A stretch of DNA of 64,000 nucleotides, taken from positions 1-64,000 of the forward strand of contig NW_003314401.1 of the NCBI RefSeq assembly GCF_000143415.4, read 5' to 3'. Source of the DNA: Selaginella moellendorffii. Taxonomy: Eukaryota > Plantae > Lycopodiophyta. Under the pieces are notes generated by a model. That model did not search any database. It had not been told where the DNA came from and saw only the letters and a list, made by a program, of their open reading frames with translations. Made by a program: the position numbers and the translations under genes. The number at the start of each line of letters is the position of its first letter. The first letter of the stretch is position 1. Below, piece by piece: positions 36,769 through 47,974 of this stretch.

Positions 36769-39615
36769 ATGGCTTCGCTTTCCGTGAATCAAGTGAATGA
36801 TTGGCTCAAGGCTCAAGAAATTACGCTCTCTCTGGATGTGGTAGCAGCTGCAAAATCACAGTTGGAGTTCCTTTCGCTGGTACATGCCAATTTCAAGCTG
36901 TTTGAGAGGCCTGTTCTGGAAAGGGCAATTGAGAGGTGAGATATTTACTTGTTTGATCTAGTTTGCTGATTTCTTCTTGGATTCTAGGTACCAGTACTGC
37001 TGCCTTCCGCTGCTAGCAAATTCTTCTGGGACTTTTGTCCCGCCACTCGACTGCGGCTGGATATGGCATTGCCATCGCTTGAATCCTGTGAGTGTGGCTA
37101 TTCATTATCTGTCCACTTCAATCTACTAAAGTTACGTGTCTGACTAGGTTCAATATGCTGACGACTGTAAGAGATTGTTCGGTAAAATTGTGGAGGGACC
37201 TTCTTTGGCGAGGCACAGAAATGATCTCCAACAAAGCGCCAGTACATGGGCTTCGAATTTTCCAGACGAACCATACACTCTTGACATTTACGCGATATAC
37301 CGAAAGACCAACCAATATCTTTTATGACTTGGCAGAAGCAGCTCTCAGGCAGAAAAGTTTCTACTATCAGGCAAGTGATGATCTTTCCTTGGAAGCAAAT
37401 TAACTTTGAGTACGCAGGTTTCTGAGCCGCATTACCTGGACGAGAGCTTCTTGGTAGCTGCTGTTGCACGTTACAAGGCGTTTCTCCATCTCGTACGCAC
37501 GTCTGGCACATCAACATTTTTCGTTCCCACTTACGACATCGATTTAATATGGCATACACATCAGCTTCACCCTGTGAGCTACCACAACGATCTCACACAG
37601 GTACTGGGAAGGATCTTCGAGCATGACGACACAGATAGCAACCGAGATTCCGGAGGAAAACTGGACAATGGATTCACAAAGACTCGATCTATGTGGGAAG
37701 ACACGTATGGCCTTCCATACGAGAAAGCAGGGTGCATGTATAGAGGGGAGCCACCAGCATCCATTCCCGGAACACGTGCTTATGATCCAGCCAAGCTCGC
37801 CAGGCTCGCTAGTAAAAACGATTATGACTTGGCTGAGCGAAAGACCATTCAGGTATTGGAGTTCGCAGTCTTATTGTCAATCTCGTCTGATCCGATTCTA
37901 TTCGATTTATGCAGGTTCATCTCTCCGTAAGAGGTACCAGAGGTTTGCCAGACGATAGGACCATCTACTACGTGATAAGCTCGTTAAACCATCAAAAGTA
38001 TCTGAATCTCGAGAGCCAACGAGGGAAGGCTTCCTCTCATCTGAGCGTAGTCTCAACCATAACAGCTGAACTCTCCACCGAAGGGCTGGTGCTCGCAGTT
38101 CGACAGAAGCGCTTTTTGATATCCAAAACCGTGGGCCTGCTCCTGATTCCATGGAAAACTGTCATCCGCTCGGAAACGCAATCACTCAGCGGCTGGTTTC
38201 CATTGCTGGAGACAAAGAAGGACCGAGAAGTGTCGGTGCTGGTTTACATCTCCGTTACTCCTCCAGTCACTGCGCCTTATCTCTTCAGAAGCGTGAGAGT
38301 GAGAGACACGGGAGACGACTGTGCCACTCACAGCCTCCACAGTCACAGAGAAGGCATGTGGATAACAAGGAATGTTTTCGACCACACCGTTGCAGGTTTG
38401 CAAATTGAGCCACTTTTTCTAGAACTAATGTGGCAACTTTTGCTTTAGATACAAGGGTGGGGGGCTTTTGCTAAGGAGCATTCTCGACACCGATAAAGTT
38501 ATCCATGTTCACAAAGGAGGGTGGACATACGACGGTTCTTACAACACTGGCTCCGTAAATGGTATGAGCATCTTCTGGACATGTTTTGCAAAAGATTTAT
38601 GGTGTTGCTTTGTTTTCTCAGGTGAAATTCTAGGATCTGCATGGCAACTAGACAAACCATCTTCAGTGTCTAGGAGATGGTCTCTAATGAACGGGAAGGC
38701 TATTTTAACTGTTAACAGAGATGTCAAGGATAAGCACTGGAACATGAAACCACAGCTCCGCGTTGAAATGAAATCCCACGACTGTCCGGTGAGTTCGTCT
38801 GCATATATAGTGGTACAGATTCTCTGATATAGTGGCTGATTCTCTGGAAAACTTGATTGTAGATCATGCTCTTCTCGGGGCGTCACCTGGAATTTGCTGT
38901 TCCTGGTGCATCCGAGCGACAGGAAGCGTGGTTTGTGACAATGGTAAGATTCACAAGAGACGCTCCTCAAGGCAAGGCGACAGCTCTTTTCAACTGGCGG
39001 TCTGGTGGCATGCAGGTAGACTTTAATCGAAGTTTAGCTCCAATTTTGTGATTTGATTTGTCTCAGGTTGATCGCAATGAGGATGTGCTGCTTGTGCTTC
39101 TTTTATCGGCAACCATAAGCATGTCCGTGTCGGATATGCTCGGCAAAGCCATTCCTTCGTGGACGAGGACGAGTAAACGAGTGATCGTCTCAGAAGAAGA
39201 ACAAGATCATTGGGGTGAGAAACAAGTTTCTTTGCACGCAAATTCTAAGAACATTGCTGCTTGACCAGGTGCTGTGACAGTTGATCGCCGTCGCCGCGAC
39301 GGTGGTGACGGTGGTGACGGTGGCGGTGATGTTGGTTGTGGTGATGGTTGTGATGGTGATGGCCAGTGCTGGTATGACGAAGGTGGTTCGTATTGTGGCG
39401 GAGGTGGTGGTGGCGGAGGCGGGTGTGGCATCAGCGGAGGTGGGGGATGTGGTGGAGCAGGAGGTGGCGGAGGGGGAGGAGGAGGTTGTGGAGGAGGTGG
39501 CGGAGGCGGTGGTGGTGGGTGTGGCGGAGGAGGAGGTGGTGGAGGCGGTGGAGGCGGTGGTTGTGGTGGCGGTGGCGGGGGGGCCGGCGGCGGCGGCGGC
39601 GGCGGGGGTATTTAG
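36769..39615 (+). pseudogene. GRDP1-like gene (DUF1399), copy B
   Basis: Same exon-3 frameshift and same TGA (39262-39264) as copy A, plus an extra 22-bp frameshifting deletion near 38388. Confidence 0.85.
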
Positions 39616-39708
39616 ATGTTTATAAATCGTGTTTTTTCTGCCTGATTACAAACAGCTTTATTTATTTAAAGAAATTCATTTTATGCTTTTGTTTCTTGCC
39701 GCTTTTGC

Positions 39709-39972
39709 CTATATAGCAACACACCCAACAAAGATCCCGGCTTTCTGCTCCTCGCAACAGACTACAGTGTTGGAGCACTGATTCACAGCGACAACATTAA
39801 AGCACTTGAGAATGTCTGCGTCAATCTCTACAGGAATTCCTTCAGAAGCGTCAATGTCGTTGCAACAGAGTGTGGTACCCTTGTTACATACTTCTGTTTC
39901 TGCGGATGCAGTGTGCGTAAGGCATGCTGCCAGGACAAAGAACGCAAGAACAAGCTGAGTAGAGGAAGCCAT
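39709..39972 (-). CDS. Class I hydrophobin-like small secreted protein (87 aa)
   Basis: Signal peptide MASSTQLVLAFFVLAACLTHTASA. Mature Cys spacing C-X6-CC-X19-C-X8-C-X5-CC-X10-C-X3. TATTTAAA ~30 nt upstream of the ATG (40004-40011). Confidence 0.75.
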   Translation of the reverse strand: MASSTQLVLAFFVLAACLTHTASAETEVCNKGTTLCCNDIDASEGIPVEIDADILKCFNVVAVNQCSNTVVCCEEQKAGIFVGCVAI

Positions 39973-40281
39973 TTCACTGTTCCTTTCCTGGAGTTAGAGG
40001 GTCTTTAAATAAGGGCTGGCTTGTATGATCAGATGACTTCTTCAACATTGTCACCTTTGCAGCTTTAGCTGATTCATGGATGCACGCCATTTGGTCATGC
40101 CATCCGCGAGCTCAACTTGACTGACAGTGTTCCATTTGTTGAAGTGTTCCTGCTCATTTCAATCGTTTACTTCCAAAGCTTCACTGCAACCATGAGAATT
40201 TTCATGAGGTTTGAAGGTGATGCTTGAGTGTGAGTGTCACAAAATGGCCAGTTGCCAGGGACTTTTTAATTTACAAGTCTG

Positions 40282-42684
40282 TCAGTCATAAGTTTTTTCC
40301 TGGGAATCTTCCTTTTGAGGATGATCACCACAATTGACAAACGAATCGAGACTGATTTGACCACTGGATAGCTTTGATCCGGGCTTCTTCCACGCGCCAA
40401 TCTTCCTGCTCATCGCATGAACTCTAGCTTTCTCCTCAACCATGCCCAAGCTTCCATAGATGTTGGCCATGAGAACGTAAGTAGCAGCCTGCTTCTCATC
40501 CAGCTTCACCAGTGCCTCAAACGCCAGCCTTCCAAATTCCAAGCTCTTCCACTTGTGACACGAGCTCAGCACGATGGTCCATGTCACCACATTCGCTGCG
40601 AAAGGCATCGAGTCCGCCATCTCCACCGCCTCCTGGAGTTTGTTTGCCCGGCCTAGCATGTCCACCATGACGTGGTAGTGCTCCATAGTCACGCTTGCAG
40701 CCTTCCGGGAGCACAGCTCCTGGAAGAGCTTCCTCCCTCTTTCAACCAGCCCGGCATGGCAGCACGCGTTCAAGACCGCCAGTGTGGTGATGCCATCCGG
40801 TTGGAAGCCTTCTTCCACCATCCTTGCAAAGAGCTCGAGGACGGCGTCGGTTTCACCGTGGCGGCTGTAGCCTGTGATGAGCGAGTTCCACGAGATTATA
40901 TCCCGGGCTCTTGTTCTAGCGGAATCGAAAACCTGGTGAGCCACGACCATGCTCCCGCACTTGCCGTAGAAATCCACCACCGAGTTCGTGACAAGCCTGC
41001 CAGCCTCGAGTCCACACCGGCATATATCTGCATGGATCTTCTTTCCAAACTCGAGCGATGCAACTGTGGAGCAGGCCTTCAGCACGGCAACGAACGTCTG
41101 ATCGTCGGGCTGGCAACGTTTCTCTTCAAGCCTCATCTTTGTGAAGAGCTCCAGTGCCATATCTCCCTCGTCGTTTTGAGCACAGCCGAGTATGAGCGCT
41201 GTCCATGACACCACATCGTGGCGCTTCATCCTGTCAAACACCCGGCGAGCCTGGAGGACGCTGCCGCACTTGGAGTACATATCCACCAGCGTGCTGCTCA
41301 CACAGATGTCCGGCTCAAACCCGGCTTTGAAAGCTTCCCGATGAACAGCCATGCCTTTCTCCAGAGCTTTCACCTTGAGAACTTTGCCGTCCTCTTCAAT
41401 GCTGTCCTCTCGCAGNNNNNNNNNNNNNNNNNNNNNNNNNNNNNNNNNNNNNNNNNNNNNNNNNNNNNNNNNNNNNNNNNNNNNNNNNNNNNNNNNNNNN
41501 NNNNNNNNNNNNNNNATTCTCTCAAACATCCGAAGGGTCAGCTCGCTCTCGCCATTCTGTGCGTAGCCAAACAGGAGAGCGGTCCACGAGACCACGTCCT
41601 GAGCCACCATCTTCTCAAACACGATGCGGGAGTCCTCCATGCTTCCGCACTTCGCGTATGTATCCACCAGGACACTTCCCACGAACATCTCCGTTGCAAC
41701 TCCACTCTTGGCAGCTTCACGATGCACAGCCATGACTTTCTCCAAGCACTGGATCTTTACACCTGAGTCGTTTGCCACCTCTCTGTCCGTCAGCCCCGTG
41801 CAAGCTTTGAGCGCAGCAACAAAAGCATGCGAATCTGTCCTGCGTCCTTCTTCTTCGCCAAGCATCCGAGCGAAGAGCCTGAGGCCAACCTCATTCTCCC
41901 CGTTCGTAGCATAGCCCAGGATCAATGCCGTCCAGACCACCAAGTTGTGGCTCGGCATTCGATCGAAAACTCTGCGAGCATCCCTCATGCTCCCACACCT
42001 GGCATAAATGTCCACCAGCGAGCTCGCCACAAAGTTATCCAGCTCGCATCCAAATCCCTCGGCTTGCAAGTGGACAGCCATGACTCTTTCCAGAGTCCTT
42101 GTCTTCACCACCTTTCCACCGAATCTCCTGCCTTCCTCCCTTGCAGCCAAGCTCGAAAGGCCCTTGAGCACAGCCAGAAACGTTAGAGAATTCGGCCTTG
42201 CGACGAGCAGCATCCGCGAGAAGAGCTCCAAAGTCGCTTCTCCCTGGCCGTTCTTGGAGTAGCCGAGCATGAGCGCTGTCCAGAGAACCACATCGTGGTG
42301 CTCCATGGCATCAAACACCGAGCGAGCCTCGCCCATGCAGCCACATCTCGCGTACATGCTCACGAGAGAGCTCGCAACGTAGAAGTTGGAACCGTTGCCA
42401 CTCTCAATCGCTGCGGCATGGAGCTGCCTTCCCCTCTCGATCGCTCTTGAGCCGCTCGCCGCCTTCAATGCAGCAATGAGCTCCAGCACCATCTCCTTTT
42501 TCCTCTTGTCCTCCTCTTGTTTGATCTTGTTCCAGCTGAGAATTTTTTGATCCTCTGAGCCACTGCTGCTTGTTTTTGTGAAAGTCCTTCCGTGCATTCC
42601 TTCGTCGCTGGTGCTGGAAGCGCCATAGCCTCTCCTTTCTCTCGAGAAAAACGGCGAATTGCGAGCCGCCGGCACCACAGCCAT
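40282..42684 (-). CDS. PLS-class PPR protein with E/E+-like C-terminus
   Basis: Repeated LVDMYAKCG...DVVSWTALI motifs, HYHVMVDMLGRA, and WKKPG...GDHP. Intronless, spans a 100-N gap. First in-frame ATG after the upstream TAG is at 42684. Confidence 0.88.
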   Translation of the reverse strand: MAVVPAARNSPFFSRERRGYGASSTSDEGMHGRTFTKTSSSGSEDQKILSWNKIKQEEDKRKKEMVLELIAALKAASGSRAIERGRQLHAAAIESGNGSNFYVASSLVSMYARCGCMGEARSVFDAMEHHDVVLWTALMLGYSKNGQGEATLELFSRMLLVARPNSLTFLAVLKGLSSLAAREEGRRFGGKVVKTRTLERVMAVHLQAEGFGCELDNFVASSLVDIYARCGSMRDARRVFDRMPSHNLVVWTALILGYATNGENEVGLRLFARMLGEEEGRRTDSHAFVAALKACTGLTDREVANDSGVKIQCLEKVMAVHREAAKSGVATEMFVGSVLVDTYAKCGSMEDSRIVFEKMVAQDVVSWTALLFGYAQNGESELTLRMFERXXXXXXXXXXXXXXXXXXXXXXXXXXXXXXXXXXLREDSIEEDGKVLKVKALEKGMAVHREAFKAGFEPDICVSSTLVDMYSKCGSVLQARRVFDRMKRHDVVSWTALILGCAQNDEGDMALELFTKMRLEEKRCQPDDQTFVAVLKACSTVASLEFGKKIHADICRCGLEAGRLVTNSVVDFYGKCGSMVVAHQVFDSARTRARDIISWNSLITGYSRHGETDAVLELFARMVEEGFQPDGITTLAVLNACCHAGLVERGRKLFQELCSRKAASVTMEHYHVMVDMLGRANKLQEAVEMADSMPFAANVVTWTIVLSSCHKWKSLEFGRLAFEALVKLDEKQAATYVLMANIYGSLGMVEEKARVHAMSRKIGAWKKPGSKLSSGQISLDSFVNCGDHPQKEDSQEKTYD
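41416..41515. other. Assembly gap (100 N; 70 nt in paralog A)
   Basis: N run. The copy A interval 24540-24609 is 70 nt. Confidence 0.95.
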
Positions 42685-43519
42685 GACATGGGAGGGAATG
42701 TGCAAGAGCTAGGCCAGGTAATCCCATACCTTTCTCCATCGCGGCATCGCCCAAGGCTCTGGAACCCTAGTCTTATAAACACGCATAATATAAAAACTTA
42801 TTAACGTTTTGAATGAAGTCATCAACATTTATACTTTGATCACATTTCTTTCTTTTCAAAAATCTGATGAAGTTGTATTGGTTTTGGAATACCATAGAGA
42901 GAAAACCTGTATGTTAATACAAGCATATTGCAAGATCTAGAGAATTTTACCAAAAGAAAAGTGATAAAAGTTTTAAAAAATATGACAAATTTAATTGGTG
43001 TTCAGAATTTTTATTATTATAAATATCTAAATGTTTATATAGAAGAATATACTATTATATTCAATCATGGAATTACAATCCTTTGCTTTTATGATTGGGC
43101 GGTGAGAGTTGTTTGGGTTGTTCTTTCTAGGTTCCCCTAGGAGCTGGGATTGTCTCGGAATCCAGAGCTGTAATTTAAAGACGTTGTCTTCTTAAGTTAA
43201 GTTCTCTGTAGTGTCCTGTTGACTTTTTTTGGTAGATGTGGCCTTCTTGACTATCAGTTGAGTCTTTTCTATAGCTTCAAAACTAGCTGTATTAGTACAA
43301 ATGTTCTTGGAAGATAATTAAGTTGGCAGTATAAAGTCCACTTTAGGAGCTCTCACATGAGCTTCGTGTGTATCGGGTTTAGGGAATCTCTAGTTAATTG
43401 CATGAATGAACAAAAGGACGATCATACAACTTACACCCTCGAAGAAGGACAATCTTAACTCAATAAATTCTAAGCGTCCAAAGAGACAAACCCATTCTCA
43501 TTCAGCTGCTCTTACAATC

Positions 43520-43795
43520 ATGGCTTTTTCTTCTTCTTCAATTAAGGTTATTGCCACATTCCTGGCCCTGAGTGCTGCTCTCTTTCTCAATCCTGCCTTG
43601 GGACAGGGCAACCAAACTTGTGGAAATGATTCCACTTCTTACTGCTGCTCGAATTTCCCTGCTGCACCTCCTGGTACACTTGTGACTGTCAATGCTGCAA
43701 ATTGTGCGGTAAATGTGGGTAGCGAGTGCGGAGGGACTCCTGTTTGCTGCCAGCAGACAGACTCCACCAACGTTCTGGCATGCACCACCATCTAA
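43520..43795 (+). CDS. Second hydrophobin-like small secreted protein (91 aa)
   Basis: Signal peptide MAFSSSSIKVIATFLALSAALFLNPALG. Cys spacing C-X7-CC-X18-C-X7-C-X5-CC-X10-C-X3. Intronless. Confidence 0.72.
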   Translation: MAFSSSSIKVIATFLALSAALFLNPALGQGNQTCGNDSTSYCCSNFPAAPPGTLVTVNAANCAVNVGSECGGTPVCCQQTDSTNVLACTTI

Positions 43796-45847
43796 TCTCC
43801 CAGAAACTTAAAAAAAAAATTAAATTATTATGTAACCACCACTTTATTTTCAATCAAGATTTATAGTTGACCACTCTTCTTTCTTCTTAAAATTCTTACA
43901 ATATGCTCCAAGTCCTGTTGTTGGTTTTGGGTCAGTAGTAATACTACTGTTGTTTACATTTTAGCCTGAAGAGTCTACATGTAGAAAAAATACCAGCCCC
44001 AGGTTTCAATTGTCCATTATCATTTGAGATATGATCATTTAATGGGTTTTTGTTAGGAGGAAAATGCCCATAATTCCGCTTTATACCACAGCCTTATATT
44101 TTTACATGACAACACAAATCATATCAAGAAGACCTCAACTAAAATAATATAAAGAAGAAGCAAAAAACACCATTCATTTCATAAACTAACTTTAAAAATA
44201 ATATATTATTTGCACGGCATCTGTCTTGTGGACAAACTACTAGAATTTAATATTATGATAGTTTGCTTGGGATATGCTTTTATAAAATTAATAATATACT
44301 TTTTTAAAATTGTGGTCTTAAAAGTATAATAGACCTTTCAAACTCTGAAGCATGCAGCAGCATGGCAATCAATTAGTGGCTTCTAGTTTGGGACTGGATC
44401 AAGTGCCACATATAATGGTCTCCCAAGTATAGATAGGCTAGGTAAGGATGTGTTCTTGGTGTCACAATTAACATAACTGACATAATTAATCAACTCATTT
44501 CTTTATCCAATGAATTAATCAATCAAGTACTAAAGTGACTTAAGCACATCCAATAGTGTTGTGCCACGTGGTCATAAACCCTAGTCACTTTTTCTTCTTG
44601 TGGTTATAATCATAGTCACTTTGTAAGCAATCGCAAGTGAATGGGTCTATATGTGAGCAAGTTTCAGCAACACATCTTTGTTCTTCTAGTCAGGCACCTG
44701 TATAGATGCTATCGACAAGGTCTTGCAGCTCTTGACACCCTCTCCTAGTGTTGCTCAGTGGCCTCTCGGAGAATCTATAGTGTGTTGGCACTAGAAGCAA
44801 ACTTGTGGTGAGTAGTCTTCTCATGACTAGGTACTGTCACCTATCTCTTAGTAATCTTGTAGGTGCCATCCACTAGTGTCTTGTGGAACCAATCAATTTG
44901 AGGCTTCTTTGCCTTTTTTATGCAATTGACTATGTAGTGTGTTAGCATTATTTATGCAGTTTGTAAGAGCTTATAGAGGCTATTCCTTTTGACATAAATT
45001 GTTGGGTAAGTACTTCTATAATTTTTATAGTAAAATAAGTGTAACTCTCTATGACAACAAATGTGTATACCTATTTTATAATAGTTGAAGGTCCTTTCGA
45101 CTATATTGTGATAAGTTTACAGCTTGATACCTAATTCAATAGTGGTTTAAATTGATCCTCATCTATTTATTCATTGTTATATTTCTTGAAGGTGATTGTA
45201 AACTAGTTAGATGTATCTTAAAACCCTATGAATATTATAAGTTACTTGTTGGCGAATTCTTTTAAATATTCTTCTCTTATTATTGTCACAACAATAGAAA
45301 ATTGATAATACTAAACCCTTTATTATTTCCTCTTCTGCTAGTGGAGTTAATTGGCATTTCATACTTAAATTGGATGAGCATAAATATGGAATTCCTATGT
45401 GTTATTAGCTAAGTGAACATAACTTAGTAAAAAGTACCCCATCTCATTATGTCTTTTATTGGTGAAATCTTGCATATTAAACTTTAATCCCTCAATACCA
45501 CTACATAATAATTTATTGTGTCCACCAAGACACTTTTGCTATGTGTTAGTTATATTTTAGTCTCATTGGCTATTTATGAAAAATGTCAATCTAATAGTAA
45601 AAATGTAGAGCTTGTTTTGAATACTAAAGCATCATTTTATATTTATTAAGTTTTTATAATTATTTTGGAGATTAACTCCTAGGTGAAAGCCTAAAACATA
45701 CTTTTATAGGGGTGTAAGTCAAGAATGGGTGACCAACTTAATATATTGTTTAGCTTCTTGCTAAACAACTGTGGACCAGGAGCTTGAGCAGGTTCCCCAG
45801 AAAGGGTGATCATTGGTACAATTTATCCTTGGGACAAAGACTTTGTT

Positions 45848-46200
45848 GAGGGGGAAGAATTGTTAGGTGTCAGCTTTAACTATGGTCAAAGGGAGGTTCA
45901 AGGGTATATTAAGGCATATTAGGGTAAGGGACTTAACCTACCCTAGGGCTCATAGTGGAGCAGCAGTGCAGTGGAGCTTTTGAGGTAGCTTGGGGGTGGT
46001 TGGGTGGTGAGGAACCTCAAGAGGTGGTATAGCGTAGTTTAGGGCAACTAGATCTTTGTATTTTTGCGCCGGCATTCAACTTAGTTATAAACTTACTATA
46101 TTAGATGGTGGAGTACCCATATTTTATATTAGGTATATTGAAATAAACTAACTTTGTTTTGTGTGTTGGTTTTAGCATTAAAATGTTAAATGCTCTAGGA
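45848..46200 (+). mobile_element. Possible PPT plus 3' LTR start of an old gypsy element
   Basis: GAGGGGGAAGAA followed by TGTTAG at 45861, preceded by a ...gggacaaagactttgtt gypsy-like end. Right boundary is a guess. Confidence 0.3.
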
Positions 46201-47277
46201 TTGTTTCATTGTCATGTTTATATCTTTTATTTATTGAATGTATGCTTGGGAATTATTTTATGCTTTTTTTTTTTTTGTTCTTTAGTTGTATGTTTAGGAA
46301 TTGTTCTATGTTTTAATTCTTTCATTATTTAGCTACATGTTTAAGAGTTTAGTTTTGTCTTTTTGTTTAATGGCCTAAAATCTTAAAATTTAAGTTTTTC
46401 TCCATTACTCTGATATGTGTGTCCAATAGTTAAATTCCACTATGTGGTTATTCTATAATAAATTTATGGTTATAACATTTGAAACTTTTCTAATTTATAT
46501 GTTTTCCTTCTTATCTTTCTCTAATTTTTTTTGTTATTAGTAATGTTATAAATGAATATATATCTAATGTTTAAGTGTTGAAGTTTAAATTTCATTTTAT
46601 TTTGTTACTATAAATGGAATTTATGTACTTTTCAATAATACATTATATCATCAAATATTAGAGCATGTAAGGAATGATGCCACACTATGTTATTGAATGA
46701 CTATCTTATAATAAAAGCTTCAATTAAAGTTTATTTAATTTTTAAAAATTAATATATATTTATTTTTGAATATTGTGTAGCAACTCTTACTTGTTGTCAA
46801 CAATGTTATTTTCACATACACAATCATAATATAAATATTCTATTATGAAATCACCCAATTAAATTACCCTGATCATTTTCAATGAAGTCATTAAAAATTT
46901 TCTACTGAAGTCCACACTTAAAAAAAAAAAAAACAAAAATGAGAAACTCCATGTGGTTGAAAAAAAAAATTAAAGCAATGATCCTTGGACACAAGACTCT
47001 TGATCCATCATGGCAGAATGGGATCTTGGATCCTTCCAGCCTTGCTGGGTTGAAGGCAGTGATGCTGAAGTACTACCACTAAGAAGGTGAGGGAGGATGT
47101 GGATAATGGTCCTATCGCATGAGTGACTGGAGGATGATAATCCAAAATTTGATACGACCGAGAGAAAGATGAAAAACGCAAATGCTTACTTGAAAATGAA
47201 TGGTTATTGGTTTCGAGAAGTTCTTCTATGTTTCTTGTTTTGAATCACACCGTCAAGCAAAAGAGGTGGAGCTTGGA

Positions 47278-47779
47278 TCACGATATGCTCATGGTTGACA
47301 TTCCCAGTCTTGCAACTTCATCGTCGTTGGGAAAGATCCCCATGAGCCTGCCTTTGGAATAGATGTAAGCCACCATGTATCCGGCCTGGAGTCCTGTGAG
47401 TGCCGCCACCACCATCGCTGGACCTTTCACCCTTGCGCTCGCTCCTAAAACATCCAGGAAAGAAAAAAATCACATCCTAGAAAAGACACGAAAACTTAAC
47501 AAATTTCTGCCCAAACAGAAATCCCAGACGCACATAGACAGGAAAACGAGAAATCACGTCCACGAATCGAAGATTTCGCTCGAAGACCCACACAAGATCA
47601 TCCCCCAGAGCTACATTTCTCAAGCACTTACCGGCGAGATAGCCGAATGGAACCGAGGCGGAGGTGTAGGTGAGAATGTGCATCATGTCGCGGAAGCTGA
47701 AATTGGAGACGACGGCGCTGACCTTTGGGAACTCGTAAATCACCGGATACTCGGGAGGCTCCACCCATCGCCGCGGCAT
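47278..47779 (-). CDS. Mitochondrial complex I 21-kDa/20.9-kDa (MNLL-type) accessory subunit, 2 exons
   Basis: Exon 1 47779-47632 reads EYPVI...VVSNFSFRD...GYLAG. Exon 2 47444-47278 reads VKGPAM...AGYMVAYIYSKGRLMGIFPNDDEV. Confidence 0.85.
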
Positions 47780-47868
47780 CGCCCCTCACTCGCTCTCGCG
47801 GATAAACCCTAGAAATAGATCTCCAACACTTTATGCCACCGTGGCTGCCAACGCGTAAGTATCCATTG

Positions 47869-47906
47869 ACGTGTCTAGTTTAAGCTACGTGGCAAAATGA
47901 CGTGTC
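47869..47906. promoter_or_regulatory. Cluster of three ACGTG(T/G)C ABRE/G-box-like motifs
   Basis: ACGTGTC at 47869, ACGTGGC at 47887 and ACGTGTC at 47900, all upstream of the complex I gene. Confidence 0.35.
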
Positions 47907-47974
47907 ACTTTTACAAGGAGCTTTCGACAAATGCTGCGGCATTGCATCAAGCGATTTCGCGAGCGAAGCTTTGT

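Larger units (their letters stand above)
25932..42133. repeat. Tandem segmental duplication, copy B
   Basis: Starts tcatatatttccattttcag, as at 9534. Collinear with copy A up to 42133. Confidence 0.93.

Noticed and set aside
39709-39972. nsLTP, defensin or other plant 8-Cys protein
   Set aside because: It has two CC doublets at Cys 2-3 and 6-7, no CXC, and no defensin gamma-core spacing.
43406-43519. N-terminal extension of the second hydrophobin-like ORF
   Set aside because: The signal peptide begins at ATG 43520; the upstream part looks like promoter or UTR.
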